Below are positions 38,729-49,536 of a stretch of 64,000 bases of DNA, piece by piece (position 1 is the stretch's first letter; every line of letters begins with the position of its first letter). The notes below the pieces were generated by a model. It was given only the letters and a program-made list of their open reading frames with translations, did not search any database and was not told where the DNA came from. Made by a program: the position numbers and the translations under genes. Origin of the DNA: Candidatus Enterousia sp. (GTDB taxonomy: Bacteria > Pseudomonadota > Alphaproteobacteria > Rs-D84); assembly GCA_045635825.1 (NCBI GenBank), contig JAZTWM010000006.1, positions 12,265 to 76,264 of the forward strand, read 5' to 3'.

Positions 38729-40036
38729 TTAGCGGACAGATGCCTGTTGAAACAGTTCGTCTGCTTTAACTTTTTTTTCTTTTGTTTTTACATGTGTCAA
38801 CATGGCATCCAGTGCCTTGCGTTCAAACAACATGCCACGCAACATTGCAACTGCGTTTTGATTCTTATTGTAGAATTCAAAAACCTGTTTTGGGTCTGGA
38901 TAGCGTGTTGCTTCGGCCCAAATTGCTTGTTGCAGGTCATCGCGTGATACTTCAACCTGGTTTTGTGTACCCCATTCTGCCAAGATTAGCCCCAGTTTTA
39001 CACGGCGTTCTGCGTCTTTGCGTTCAGTTTTTTCATCCCATTTATGGTCACATTTTTCGTCGTGACAATGGCTGTGGTTGCGGTCAAATTCTGCTTTTGC
39101 CATGTTGTATTCTTGTTCAACCAATGTTTCTGGCAGATCCAGTTTTACTTTGTCTGCTAACATGTCCAGCAATTCGTTACGCATGTCACGTTTTGCAACG
39201 TCTTCGTATTGTTCGTTCAAAATGTTACGAATGTGTTGTTTCAGGGCATCTACAGATTCTTGGCCGACCTGTTTTGCCAGTTCGTCATTTAATTCAGGCA
39301 AGATATGTTTGCGTACTTCGTGTACTTCAACTTCAAATCGTGCGTCCTTGCCAGCCAGATTTTCTGCATGGTATGCGTCTGGGAACTTGACACTTACATC
39401 GAATTTGTCGCCAACCTGATGGCCAATAACTTGGTCTTCAAAGCCTGGGATAAATGCGCCAGAGCCTAAAATCAAGTGATGTTTCTTTGCTTCGCCACCT
39501 TCAAATGCTTCGTCGCCAACAAATCCCTTAAAATCTATAACGGCAACGTCACCATTTTGTGCTTTGTATTCTTTGTCTTGTTTTTCTGCAACACTGCGTG
39601 ATTTGCGGATGTTTTCTAATGCAACATCTACTTCTTTTTCATCTAATTCGGCAGTTTTTTTGGTTACAGTATATTTTTCTAAATCGATTGCTGGCAATGT
39701 TGGCAAAATATCAAATTCCAATGAGTATTCTGTATCTTTGCCCATCTCCCATCCAGCCAGGTCTGCCTTTGGGGCACCGGCCAGGCGGATTTTTTTGTCG
39801 GCGATATAGTCGTTTAAATCCTGGTTCATTAATTTGTCAATCGCTTCGCCGTATGCGGATGCATTGTATTTCTGACGCAGGATATTTAATGGCACTTTGC
39901 CGGCACGAAATCCAGGCATTTTAACTTTTTTGCCGTATTCTAACAAGATTTCATCAGCAGCAGCCTGTACCTGATCGGCTGTTAAGGTGCCGGTGACTGA
40001 ATAGTGTAAATCTTTAATTTTTTCTTTTGTAAACAT
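38729..40036 (-). CDS. tig: Trigger factor
   Basis: N-terminal ribosome-binding GFRxGKVP signature (MPGFRAGKVPLNILRQKY), FKBP-like middle domain, 435 aa. Confidence 0.85.
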   Translation of the reverse strand: MFTKEKIKDLHYSVTGTLTADQVQAAADEILLEYGKKVKMPGFRAGKVPLNILRQKYNASAYGEAIDKLMNQDLNDYIADKKIRLAGAPKADLAGWEMGKDTEYSLEFDILPTLPAIDLEKYTVTKKTAELDEKEVDVALENIRKSRSVAEKQDKEYKAQNGDVAVIDFKGFVGDEAFEGGEAKKHHLILGSGAFIPGFEDQVIGHQVGDKFDVSVKFPDAYHAENLAGKDARFEVEVHEVRKHILPELNDELAKQVGQESVDALKQHIRNILNEQYEDVAKRDMRNELLDMLADKVKLDLPETLVEQEYNMAKAEFDRNHSHCHDEKCDHKWDEKTERKDAERRVKLGLILAEWGTQNQVEVSRDDLQQAIWAEATRYPDPKQVFEFYNKNQNAVAMLRGMLFERKALDAMLTHVKTKEKKVKADELFQQASVR

Positions 40037-40103
40037 ATGCTTCCCCTAAGATTTTAAGAATTGCTGTGTGATTATACAATGTTTTTATTTGAAAGCAATA
40101 ATA

Positions 40104-40136
40104 AAAAATCCCGCATGTGCGGGATTTTGTTTTTTT
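40104..40136. terminator. Terminator after rpsI (aaaatcccgcatgtgcgggatttt + T-run)
   Basis: Perfect hairpin. Confidence 0.6.
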
Positions 40137-40147
40137 GTTCGAAACGA

Positions 40148-40633
40148 TTAACGTTTGCTGAACTGTGTAGAACGACGTGCCTTGCGGAAACCGTAGTGTT
40201 TACGTTCAACAACACGACTGTCGCGTGTCAAGAAGCCTGCGGCCTTCAATGCGGTACGCAATTCTGGTTCGATTTTTTCCAATGCTTTGGAAATACCATG
40301 CTTAACTGCACCGGCCTGACCTGATAAACCACCACCTTCTACCATTGCAACAATGTCATAAGATGTTTCACGTTTTGTAACACCGAATGGCTGTGCAATA
40401 ATCATCTGCAATACTGCACGACGGAAATATTCGCTGGACGCTTTGCCGTTAACGATGATATTGCCCTTACCTGGCATCAAGTATACACGTGCAACAGAGT
40501 CTTTACGTTTGCCAGTTGCATATGTGGCATTGTTCAATTTTGGTGCTGCAACAGTTTTCTTGGCTGTTGCTTTCTTTGCAGGGGCAGCCTTTTTAGCTGT
40601 TGTCTTTGCTGCTGTTTTCTTTGCTTCTGCCAT
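40148..40633 (-). CDS. rpsI: 30S ribosomal protein S9 (with a K/A-rich N-terminal extension)
   Basis: C-terminal [14 protein letters not shown] invariant S9 tail. Confidence 0.9.
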   Translation of the reverse strand: MAEAKKTAAKTTAKKAAPAKKATAKKTVAAPKLNNATYATGKRKDSVARVYLMPGKGNIIVNGKASSEYFRRAVLQMIIAQPFGVTKRETSYDIVAMVEGGGLSGQAGAVKHGISKALEKIEPELRTALKAAGFLTRDSRVVERKHYGFRKARRSTQFSKR

Positions 40634-41106
40634 TATTCGCCCCTTTTGTTCTTGCGGTTCAAGCCTGCGAAATCAATAACTTCTGGTTTCTGGGCTTCGT
40701 GTTTGTGTTCTGCACCTGCGTAAACATGCAGTTTTGTTAAACGTTGATTTGCCAATGCAACTGCTGTGCGGCGGCCCATCATACGTTTTACAGCGTTGAA
40801 AACCAATTTTTCTGGCTTTTCAGAACGCATCTGGCCCAATGTGCGTGATTTTAATGAACCTGTCCACAAAGAGTGCCAGAAGAAACGGTCTTTGTCGGCC
40901 TTGTGACCAGACAATGCAACCTTGTCTGCATTGATGATGATAACGTGGTCACCACAATCCATGTTTGGTGACCATGTTGGCTTATGCTTGCCACGCAGGA
41001 TGTTTGCGGTATATGCCGCCAAACGACCTAATGTGCAATCAGTTGCGTCAATTAGATACCATTTGGCTTCTAATTCGCACTTTTTTAACGATTTTGTCGC
41101 TGCCAT
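40633..41106 (-). CDS. rplM: 50S ribosomal protein L13
   Basis: WYLIDA..LGRLA..A..L.GKHKP.., [12 protein letters not shown]; overlaps rpsI by 1 nt. Confidence 0.9.
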   Translation of the reverse strand: MAATKSLKKCELEAKWYLIDATDCTLGRLAAYTANILRGKHKPTWSPNMDCGDHVIIINADKVALSGHKADKDRFFWHSLWTGSLKSRTLGQMRSEKPEKLVFNAVKRMMGRRTAVALANQRLTKLHVYAGAEHKHEAQKPEVIDFAGLNRKNKRGE

Positions 41107-41144
41107 TTTGTTTTTTCCTTGTTTTTATTGTTATAGCGGTGCGT

Positions 41145-41173
41145 ATTATGACCTAATCCGCAGAAAATGTCAA
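41145..41173 (-). promoter_or_regulatory. Candidate sigma70 promoter for rplM-rpsI (minus strand: TTGACA, 17-nt spacer, CATAAT)
   Basis: Hexamers read on the minus strand ~40-65 nt upstream of the rplM start. Confidence 0.4.
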
Positions 41174-41237
41174 GAAAAATGTATATGGTATAATAATACC
41201 GTATTAGAATAACGTGATGTTTTGTGCTGGCGTATAG

Positions 41238-41266
41238 TTGACATTTTTGTATTTTTGTGTTATATA
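41238..41266 (+). promoter_or_regulatory. Candidate sigma70 promoter (TTGACA, 17 nt, TGt-TATATA extended -10) for the 41303 ORF
   Basis: Consensus -35 and extended -10 seen in sequence. Confidence 0.4.
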
Positions 41267-41302
41267 TTGTGTCGATGAAATAAATAAAAAGAGGTAAAGT
41301 AA

Positions 41303-41539
41303 ATGTCAAAGTCAGCATTTCAGGCAAATTCGGCAGAAAAAATTGCCCTGCCACAAAACAGTCAGTTGACTGTATATTTGAAGCAATATCCAATGGTTAA
41401 GATTGTTTTTAAGCCAGAAACCCAACAATGGATTACAAAAATGCCAATTGGTGCATATAAGGAAGTTGTTGCACCAACACAGCGTATGCGTATTTGGGAT
41501 ATTAATGGTGTGGCCCAAGATTTTGCAAAACAAAGATAA
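41303..41539 (+). CDS. Hypothetical small protein (78 aa)
   Basis: ORF with RBS AAGAGG, good upstream promoter and downstream terminator. Confidence 0.45.
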   Translation: MSKSAFQANSAEKIALPQNSQLTVYLKQYPMVKIVFKPETQQWITKMPIGAYKEVVAPTQRMRIWDINGVAQDFAKQR

Positions 41540-41544
41540 ATAAA

Positions 41545-41575
41545 AACGCCCAATCGGGCGTTTTTATTTATTGGT
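41545..41575. terminator. Bidirectional terminator (aaaacgcccaatcgggcgtttt)
   Basis: Perfect hairpin between convergent genes. Confidence 0.6.
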
Positions 41576-43282
41576 TTACATTTCTTCGGGGATAATCAAT
41601 CCCATCAAATCAATTGTTTGTGCCAATGTGTCACGTGCAATCTGGGTGATGTGCAGACGACCTGCCCTGATGTCTGATGGAACGTCATCACGCAGAATTG
41701 GGCAGTTGTGATAGAATGTGTTAATCAGTTGACACAAGTCATAGGCATAGTTCGCAATCATATCTGTTGCACGATTTTCAAATGCACTGTGTACAGTACG
41801 TTCAAAATCCAGAATGCCAATCAGCAAATTGCGTTCGTCTGTTGTCATTGGCATATATGTTGGATTTGCATCTGTGTTTGCACGCTTTAGGACACTGTTT
41901 AAGCGGACGGCTGTATACAGGATGTATGGACCTGTTCTGCCTTCGAAGCTGGTGACAGATGCTGGGTCAAATATATAATCTGAACGGACATCGTGCATCA
42001 GGTCATTAAACTTAACAGCAGACAAGGCGATGGCGTTGATTGTTTCTGGGGATAGTGTTTTGCCAGATTCTGCAACACGATCGTTTACTGCAACATTTAC
42101 AGCGTCGATAATGTCGTCCAGGCCGGCGGCGTTTCCGTCACGTGTTTTGAATGGCTTGCCGTCACGTCCGTTGATTGTGCCGTATCCAATATGTTCTAAT
42201 GCGTTGTAGTCAAAAATGTTTGATATTTCAGCCGCACGGAACAGTTGTTCAAAATGCAGACTTTGACGCAGGTCGGTAAAGTATATAATGCGATCTGGGT
42301 TGTCTGTTTGTTTGCGACAATATACGGCGGCCAGGTCTGTTGAATCATATGTGTCCGCACCGCGTGAATCAGTCCACATATATGGTGGCATTGGTTTGTT
42401 GTCTGTTTCACGTTTTACAACGATAACTTGGGCACCGTCGCTTTCTGTAATCAAATCTTTGCTACGTAGTATTTGTTCAACGTTATCTAAATATTTAGCA
42501 GCATTTCGTTCGCCTAAATCATAGTCGAATGGCAGGATGTTCAGGCGATTAACTGTTTCTTGCATCATTTTCATAGAGACTTTCAAGAACTTTTCATACA
42601 GTGCGAAATAGCCTGCATGACCGTTTTGGAACTTTGCCTTGATGTCTTGGGCATGGGCCTGAAAATCTGGGTTTTCTTTGGCAAAACTGCTGGCGGTTGG
42701 ATAGTATGTGTTTAATTCTGCTGGGTCGATTTCAAAATCAACAGGTGTTGCTGGGTCAAAATTGTCCTGGAAATATGGTAGTTCTGGGTGCAAACGTTCA
42801 ATCCATGCGATTACCAATGCCATTGGTTTGCCCCAATCGCCCATGTGATTCCAAGAGTATGTTTTGTGTCCCAATAATTTAGCAATGCGATTGAATGTAT
42901 CGCCAACAATAGATGTACGCAAATGGCCAATGTGTAATGATTTGGCAACGTTGTATGCACCGTAATCTAAATCGATTGTTTGTGGTGTGTCTGTGCGTGG
43001 TGCTTGTGGCAGGCATGCAGATTGCCAAATAAAATCATCCTTTAATTTAATGTTGATGAATCCTGGGCCGGCAATAGATGCGTCCGCAACAAAATCCAGT
43101 TCTGTTAGTTTTGGCAGTATTTCACTTGCAAATTCGCGTGGATTCTTTCCGGCTGATTTGGCCATAACCATTGCGACATTTGTTGAAAAGTCTCCAAATT
43201 CACGATTGCGTGGAACTTCTAGGTTTACGGTCGTTCCCAGTTTTTCGTTTATCGCATTTGATACATACTTGTACAAGTTCAT
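41576..43282 (-). CDS. argS: Arginyl-tRNA synthetase
   Basis: SLHIGHLRTSIVGD (HIGH), class I anticodon-binding C-terminal domain ending in M; 568 aa. Confidence 0.85.
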   Translation of the reverse strand: MNLYKYVSNAINEKLGTTVNLEVPRNREFGDFSTNVAMVMAKSAGKNPREFASEILPKLTELDFVADASIAGPGFINIKLKDDFIWQSACLPQAPRTDTPQTIDLDYGAYNVAKSLHIGHLRTSIVGDTFNRIAKLLGHKTYSWNHMGDWGKPMALVIAWIERLHPELPYFQDNFDPATPVDFEIDPAELNTYYPTASSFAKENPDFQAHAQDIKAKFQNGHAGYFALYEKFLKVSMKMMQETVNRLNILPFDYDLGERNAAKYLDNVEQILRSKDLITESDGAQVIVVKRETDNKPMPPYMWTDSRGADTYDSTDLAAVYCRKQTDNPDRIIYFTDLRQSLHFEQLFRAAEISNIFDYNALEHIGYGTINGRDGKPFKTRDGNAAGLDDIIDAVNVAVNDRVAESGKTLSPETINAIALSAVKFNDLMHDVRSDYIFDPASVTSFEGRTGPYILYTAVRLNSVLKRANTDANPTYMPMTTDERNLLIGILDFERTVHSAFENRATDMIANYAYDLCQLINTFYHNCPILRDDVPSDIRAGRLHITQIARDTLAQTIDLMGLIIPEEM

Positions 43283-43316
43283 TTTTTATATACCCTTCAT
43301 TATAAGTCAGTAGATT

Positions 43317-44597
43317 TTATATTGGTAAAACAATACGGACGCACAGACCGCCCATTTCGCTGTCTTCCAGGAACAGTTGGCCACCATGGTTTTCAATTGC
43401 GGTTTGTGCAATAGATAATCCTAAGCCTGTGCCACCGGTATCTGTGCCACGTGCATCATCAAGGCGAACAAATGGTCGCATTGCGTCTTTTTTGCGTTCA
43501 TCTGGAATGCCAGGACCGTCATCTTCGATTGTAACCTCGATCGTGTCTGTCATATCACGTTCGGTGATTTTGATGCGTTTGTGTGCATATCTGGATGCGT
43601 TTTCAATAATATTGCTGAATGCACGTGCCAAAGCCATTGGGCGGGCATAGAACTGTGCCGGTGTTTCTGGAAAATCTGTGATGATTTTCTTGTCTGGGGC
43701 ACTGTCACGTGCGATGCGTAACAGCATTGGCGGCAGTTCGGTTGCCTGCTCTATTTCTGGGGCTTCACCACGTGCAAATGCCAGATAACCATTTACCATT
43801 TCGGTCATTCTGTCTATGTCGCGTATTAAATCTTGGTCGGTTGCAGTTTGTGTTTCCAGTGATAGACGCATGCGTGTCAGGGGGGCTTTTAAATCGTGAC
43901 TGACGGCATTGAGCATATCTGTACGGGTGCGATTGTACCTGTCCAGACGTTCTTTCATGGTAATCATAGAAGTGGCCGCTTCGCGGATTTCTTTGGAACC
44001 TGTTGGCACAAAGCCGGGTGCGTCCAGACCACGACCAAATCTGCTGGCGGCGTGTGCAATGCGACGAATGCTGCGTGTGTGCATGATGATGAATGGTGTA
44101 ATCAGTATAGATACAATCAGGATAGAACCAATTAGCCAAATAATAAATACTTCGGTACTGGTTGAATAAATGCGGTACAAGGATGTTCCAAATGTTGCGA
44201 TTTGGTTATCTTTGGTTGGGATGTCAACGAATACCAGACGTTTGCCCTTGTCCATATAGATTTGGGTTCGTCTTTGCAGGCGTTTTGATAATTCTGATGC
44301 CAATTTTCCGGTTTCGTGGGCTTTGTTATCGTTGTGCTTTGGACGATTAAGTTTGTCATGAAACGAAACGTTGATACCCGTGTCACGTGCCATTTTTTTG
44401 ACGGCTTCGATATTGCCTTCGTCAATGAAATTGGTCATTGTGATAATTTCGCCTGCCAATGTGCGTGCCAATGTGTCGTGTACGCGTGACCAGTGGTTGC
44501 CAAAGAATGCGTTCGCAACGATAACCTGGGCGATGACCAATGGTAACAAAATCATTAAAATGGTACGCCATAAAAAACTGCGTGGTGTCAATCTCAT
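43317..44597 (-). CDS. Sensor histidine kinase (EnvZ/PhoR-like; two TMs, HAMP, HisKA, HATPase)
   Basis: H-box VSHDLKAPLTRMRL, N/G boxes (IIENASRYA, DDGPGIP, GTGLGLSI). Confidence 0.8.
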   Translation of the reverse strand: MRLTPRSFLWRTILMILLPLVIAQVIVANAFFGNHWSRVHDTLARTLAGEIITMTNFIDEGNIEAVKKMARDTGINVSFHDKLNRPKHNDNKAHETGKLASELSKRLQRRTQIYMDKGKRLVFVDIPTKDNQIATFGTSLYRIYSTSTEVFIIWLIGSILIVSILITPFIIMHTRSIRRIAHAASRFGRGLDAPGFVPTGSKEIREAATSMITMKERLDRYNRTRTDMLNAVSHDLKAPLTRMRLSLETQTATDQDLIRDIDRMTEMVNGYLAFARGEAPEIEQATELPPMLLRIARDSAPDKKIITDFPETPAQFYARPMALARAFSNIIENASRYAHKRIKITERDMTDTIEVTIEDDGPGIPDERKKDAMRPFVRLDDARGTDTGGTGLGLSIAQTAIENHGGQLFLEDSEMGGLCVRIVLPI

Positions 44598-44602
44598 CTT
44601 AC

Positions 44603-45262
44603 TTACCGTTTTGTGTTGTGGTGCTGGGGTGACAATTCAACTAATTTGTACCCATGGCCCCGTATTGTTATTATGTCTAGGTGTGATAATACTATATTTA
44701 ATTTGCTTCGCAAGCGTTTTGCAACCATTGGTGTTGCAGGTGCTGTGTTACCGACAGGACTGGTTAATAATTGCAGTAATTTTTTTTCTTCGCCCGACAG
44801 TGCAAAAATGCGTGGCGTGTCTGGGTGTTCTGGGGTTGTTACAAAGAATTCGTTGTCTGTAAATGTCAGCCCATTTGGTAATTTAGAACTGATTTGCGTA
44901 CGTTGATTTATGATATTGTTTAAGCGTAAAATCAATTCCCGTATCTGGAATGGTTTTGCCAGATAGTCGTTTGCACCGCCGGATAGGCCTGCGATTGCGT
45001 TGTCTGCCCCAGTCATCGCGGTCAGCATTATTGTCGGCGTAGTGTTACCAGAATGACGAAGTTGTTGCAGAAATGTCAAGCCGTCCATGCCTGTCATCAT
45101 GCGATCCAGTACGATTGCATCAACGGATATTTTTGCCAAGATTTCACTGGCGTTTTCTGCGGATTCTGCACCCAGAACATGAAAGCCTTCGTTTCGCAAT
45201 CCATGTGCCAAGGCATTGCGTAGAACTGTGTCGTCGTCAACAACAAGGATAGTTTTATTCAT
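44603..45262 (-). CDS. OmpR-family response regulator
   Basis: Receiver domain VVDDD..D..KP, C-terminal winged helix ..RGHGYKL. Confidence 0.8.
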   Translation of the reverse strand: MNKTILVVDDDTVLRNALAHGLRNEGFHVLGAESAENASEILAKISVDAIVLDRMMTGMDGLTFLQQLRHSGNTTPTIMLTAMTGADNAIAGLSGGANDYLAKPFQIRELILRLNNIINQRTQISSKLPNGLTFTDNEFFVTTPEHPDTPRIFALSGEEKKLLQLLTSPVGNTAPATPMVAKRLRSKLNIVLSHLDIITIRGHGYKLVELSPQHHNTKR

Positions 45263-45271
45263 GGGTTTGGC

Positions 45272-46189
45272 TTACTCTAATGGTTCAACAGCGTATTCCC
45301 CAGGCTGAATTGTGTTCATGGCGTTGTTTGGCCCCATCATGTCTTCGTCATATGTTGCGGTACGGAATTGTGTGCTGTTGGTGGCAAACTCGGTCTTGAA
45401 CAGTGCGTAACCTGTACCCCCGCCTGTGGTTGGTCCTTGCATGCCCAAGGAATAATAGCCACCCAGAATGCCATAGTCTAAATCGATGTAATCCAGACTG
45501 ACAATTAGTGATACGCTGCTGATGCCGTCACTGGTCATATTGCATGCGAATTCACGATTGGACAGAATTGCTTCGGAATTAACAGGGACAACAATGTCCA
45601 TTACGGTTGGTTCGCAAACACGACTGATGCCGTTTACCAAGAATTCGTATGTCATGCCAACGGTTGCCTTGGATAGGCCGGTTGACATACTGACCTGGGA
45701 AATAGTTCCTTTTGGAATCTTGACCATTGCGTTGGCAATGCCACTGCGTACTGGGAATGATATGCCAGACTGTAAGCAATCGCGTGAAAAAGGATCTGCT
45801 TCACAAATATAAACACGAGAATGGGCGTTCATCATGAACATGTTTGCCAGGCTGTTGAACAAGAAAGAACGTGTAATACGGTCGTTCAAACGTGTGCAAC
45901 CAAAATTGCGACAAATAACCATTGGCTTGTTGGCAAACATAACACCAGGGTGCTCATAGGCCTCGAAATCACGTGCAGCCATAATGTTTTCGTCATAATC
46001 AAGACTGTCTGCACGTTCCATAAACTCGGTCTCTGGGATAAAATTAGGGTCCTCGGGGTATGCATAGTATGACTGGACAGGTGTTTGTGTATAGATTGTT
46101 TGAAAATCTTCGTACATAACATCAGGGTTTGCATGTGCGGAAAATGCACAAAATGCAACAAGTACAGCCATTAAATTTGATTTTGACAT
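45272..46189 (-). CDS. Secreted hypothetical protein (305 aa), co-oriented with the two-component pair
   Basis: Signal peptide MSKSNLMAVLVAFCAFSAHA; no motif recognised. Confidence 0.45.
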   Translation of the reverse strand: MSKSNLMAVLVAFCAFSAHANPDVMYEDFQTIYTQTPVQSYYAYPEDPNFIPETEFMERADSLDYDENIMAARDFEAYEHPGVMFANKPMVICRNFGCTRLNDRITRSFLFNSLANMFMMNAHSRVYICEADPFSRDCLQSGISFPVRSGIANAMVKIPKGTISQVSMSTGLSKATVGMTYEFLVNGISRVCEPTVMDIVVPVNSEAILSNREFACNMTSDGISSVSLIVSLDYIDLDYGILGGYYSLGMQGPTTGGGTGYALFKTEFATNSTQFRTATYDEDMMGPNNAMNTIQPGEYAVEPLE

Positions 46190-46323
46190 AATAACGCCTT
46201 TGGTTCTCTTGGGTAAATATTAGAACATTTTAGATAATTGTGTCAAAACAAAAATATTTTTATTGAAAAACGAATGGCGTTTGTTCTAAGTTATGATTGA
46301 TTAGAAATTAAGAAAGGTGGATT

Positions 46324-46985
46324 TTATGGTTGATTTAATTATTTCTGGTGAATCTGGTAAACTGCATGCGGTTTATCATAAGTCGTCACAGCCGTCGGCA
46401 CCCTTGGCGGTGGTATTGTCTGGGAATCCACGCCAGAAATATCACATGAACGATCGTGTGTCGTATGCGATGTTTCGTGCATTTATGGATATTGGTTTTT
46501 CTGTTGTACGATTTAATTATCGTGGTGTTGGTGATTCCGAAGGTACGATTGGTACAACAACAGATAATATGTTGGATATTGCAACGGTTATTGACTGGAT
46601 TCAAAATCACAATGAAGATAGTGACAAGATTTGGTTGGCGGGGCATCAATTGGGGGCGTGGTATGTTTTGCAGGCAATGATGAGACGACCAGAGGTGTCT
46701 GGCTTTGCGTTGGTGTCGCCTGATGCATCTGTGTCAGATTTTGCATTTTTATCACCACGTCCAAATCGTGGCCTGTTGTTGCAGGGGGCAATGGAAAGCG
46801 ATGAGGCAAGATCTTTTGCAAGCCATTTGACCCAAATATTGAAAAAACAGGCCCAGATAGATTTAGAAACAATTCGTGTCAGGGGTGCGGATGCTATGTA
46901 CAGTCAGCCAGCAGATTTGCGACAAATGTATAATGATTTGAAGGCCTATGTTGGACGTGAAAACGAAGAAGATAAGTTGTTGTAA
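46324..46985 (+). CDS. Alpha/beta-hydrolase-fold protein (small esterase-like)
   Basis: [26 protein letters not shown] nucleophile-elbow-like motif (GxQxG). Confidence 0.5.
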
Positions 46986-46987
46986 TA

Positions 46988-47977
46988 ATGCAAGGTAAAG
47001 AAAGATTTTTAGATGCCAATATTCCAGATGATATGGGGACGACAATTCGCCCCCGTTCGTTGATGGATTTTATTGGGCATGATAGTTTAAAACAGAACCT
47101 GTCTGTTTTTATATCTGGTGCACGTTCGCGTGGTGAATCGATGGATCATGTGTTGCTGTATGGGCCGCCGGGGTTGGGGAAAACAACGTTGGCGCATATT
47201 GTGGCAAATGAATTGGGGACTAATTTCCGTGCAACATCGGCACCAATGTTGACCAAACAAGGTGATTTAGCGGCGATTTTGACGTCGTTAGAGCCAATGG
47301 ATGTATTATTTATTGATGAAATACATCGTTTGCCAACCGCCATTGAAGAAGTTTTGTATTCCGCAATGGAAGATTTTAAGTTGGATATTATGTTGGGCGA
47401 AGGGCCCAGTGCGAAAAGTGTGCGTATCGACCTGCCCCCGTTTACGTTGGTTGGGGCGACGACACGTACAGGTTTGTTGTCTAATCCGTTGCGGGATAGA
47501 TTTGGAATCGATTTGCGTTTGACGTTCTATTCGCCCGAAGATTTGGCACGTATTATTATGCGTAGTGCAAATATCTTGGGGACGCCGATTGATGCAGATG
47601 GGGCATTGATGTTGGCAAAATCGGCACGTGGAACGCCACGTATTGCAAATCGTTTGTTAAAACGTGCACGTGATTTTGCAGGGGCGTTGGGAAAAAATCA
47701 AATAACGGCAGATATTATCAAGACAACGTTGGTTCAGTTGCATATTGATGCCTGTGGTTTGGATGAAATCGATCGTGAATATATGAATATGATTGTAAAG
47801 TTCTATGCAGGTGGTCCGGTTGGTGTTGAAAATCTGGCGGCGGCATTGTCTGAACCCAGTGATACAATCGAAGATGTTATAGAACCGTATTTGATGCAAC
47901 TGGGGTTTGTGCAACGGACGCCACGTGGTCGCGTTATTACAGAGGCAGGATATGCACATTTGGGTTTGGAAAAGTAG
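46988..47977 (+). CDS. ruvB: Holliday junction ATP-dependent DNA helicase RuvB
   Basis: [14 protein letters not shown] Walker A, DEIHRL, sensor 2 and winged-helix C-terminus. Confidence 0.9.
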   Translation: MQGKERFLDANIPDDMGTTIRPRSLMDFIGHDSLKQNLSVFISGARSRGESMDHVLLYGPPGLGKTTLAHIVANELGTNFRATSAPMLTKQGDLAAILTSLEPMDVLFIDEIHRLPTAIEEVLYSAMEDFKLDIMLGEGPSAKSVRIDLPPFTLVGATTRTGLLSNPLRDRFGIDLRLTFYSPEDLARIIMRSANILGTPIDADGALMLAKSARGTPRIANRLLKRARDFAGALGKNQITADIIKTTLVQLHIDACGLDEIDREYMNMIVKFYAGGPVGVENLAAALSEPSDTIEDVIEPYLMQLGFVQRTPRGRVITEAGYAHLGLEK

Positions 47978-47995
47978 TGATAATGGTGTTTTATT

Positions 47996-48511
47996 ATGAC
48001 AAGGCATATTAATTTGGCACGTGTCTTTATCCCCAGTCCTGAATATGATGCCTTGGCGGGTGGTGTATATGGCGTGTGTGCCAAGGCATTGGATGGTGTT
48101 TTGTGCGAATTGGTAGATGCGATGCCAAATCGTGACGATTTGCCAATGTATCGTGAGTTTTATGAGATTCTGGACGGGGTTTATAATATGACCTGTGTAT
48201 CTGGATTGATGCCGGTTACGAAACCATTTGTTAGGTGGTATCAGGCAAACAAGGTGTCTGTGGGGCAAGCGGATGATAGGTTGGGTCAGCAAAAACATCG
48301 GTATTCACAGGATGCGAATGTTCTTAACTGTGGCACAATGGAAGAATATCATTTGTTGGAACATATTCATTCTAATTTTGTAAATAAATTAAATAATAGA
48401 CCCATGACAAACTATACGAAGAAATTACCGGCATGTTTTGATACGGATTTGAAAAACGAAAGAGTTCGTGCCTTGGTGCAGAAATGGGCATTTCCGCAGC
48501 GACAGAAATAG
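47996..48511 (+). CDS. Hypothetical protein (171 aa) inserted between ruvB and the ybgC-tol genes
   Basis: ORF only. Confidence 0.4.
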   Translation: MTRHINLARVFIPSPEYDALAGGVYGVCAKALDGVLCELVDAMPNRDDLPMYREFYEILDGVYNMTCVSGLMPVTKPFVRWYQANKVSVGQADDRLGQQKHRYSQDANVLNCGTMEEYHLLEHIHSNFVNKLNNRPMTNYTKKLPACFDTDLKNERVRALVQKWAFPQRQK

Positions 48512-48517
48512 TGTAAT

Positions 48518-49129
48518 ATGATAGGAAAGATAGTTGATTTTTTGCAGATTGCTGAAAAATTGGAATGTGAATACCGTTTGACACGTATGAGTGACGGTAA
48601 AAATCAGGCGGTGGCATCGCATTCGTGGAATATGGCAATGATGGCGATGGTGTTGCGACCTTATTTGCAGACCCCAGTTGATATGTTGCGTGTATTGCAG
48701 ATGTGTCTGTTGCACGATTTGCCAGAGGCGATTGCACATGATGTACCTTTGCATCAGCAGACGCCCCAAGTGCGTGCAGAAAAGCATGTTCGGGAATCTT
48801 TGGCGATAGAACAGATTGTTGGAATGCTGGATAATGATGAAGTGCGTTCTTGTATGACAGAGTATGAAGCAAGACAAACGCCAGAGGCCCAACTGGTTAA
48901 AGCATTAGATGTATTGGATACGGGGGTTCAGCATATGTGTGCGTCTGATTTGTCGTATGTTGGCGAGTTTGATAATAACTTCTATTGGAAGATGTTTTTT
49001 GATGATGACTTTGTGCGTATGTTTGATTTTGAACCTGTGTTAAGACAGGTTATGGATGAAATACGTGCACGTGTTGCATACAGGTTGCGTCAAGAACAAG
49101 ATATTGATGTAAAGGTGTTTAAAAAATGA
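48518..49129 (+). CDS. HD-domain phosphohydrolase (YfbR-like 5'-deoxynucleotidase family)
   Basis: HSWNMA..H..DL.E...HD motif arrangement (H..HD...D). Confidence 0.55.
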   Translation: MIGKIVDFLQIAEKLECEYRLTRMSDGKNQAVASHSWNMAMMAMVLRPYLQTPVDMLRVLQMCLLHDLPEAIAHDVPLHQQTPQVRAEKHVRESLAIEQIVGMLDNDEVRSCMTEYEARQTPEAQLVKALDVLDTGVQHMCASDLSYVGEFDNNFYWKMFFDDDFVRMFDFEPVLRQVMDEIRARVAYRLRQEQDIDVKVFKK

Positions 49130-49500
49130 AGATTCATATATTCCCATTTACGATTGCGTATGCGGATACAGATGCCGAAGGTATTGTGTATCATGCCAGA
49201 TATCTGGAAATTGCAGAGCGGGCACGCATGAACTGGTTGCGTGGACGGTTGAATGTTGGCGATGATATTGGCTTTGTTGTACGTGAATTGAATATCAAGT
49301 ATATTCAGCCATTATGTGTTGCAGATGACTTTGTTGTTGAAACGCAAATGGTGGACGTTGGGGCGGCGGTTGTAAAAATTGAACAAAAGTTCGTGAAAGA
49401 TGGGAAAGATTATGCTATAATAAATCTTAAAGTTGCGTATTTGGGGGCAGATATGCGTCCAAAACGTATACCACAGGATTTTATTGCCGGGTTGGTATAG
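49126..49500 (+). CDS. ybgC: Tol-Pal-associated acyl-CoA thioesterase YbgC (hotdog fold)
   Basis: YADTDAEGIVYHARYLE..ERAR hotdog thioesterase signature; position upstream of tolQ. Confidence 0.75.
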   Translation: MKIHIFPFTIAYADTDAEGIVYHARYLEIAERARMNWLRGRLNVGDDIGFVVRELNIKYIQPLCVADDFVVETQMVDVGAAVVKIEQKFVKDGKDYAIINLKVAYLGADMRPKRIPQDFIAGLV

Positions 49501-49536
49501 GTCGTATAAACGTAATAAATATGAAAGGAATGGAAA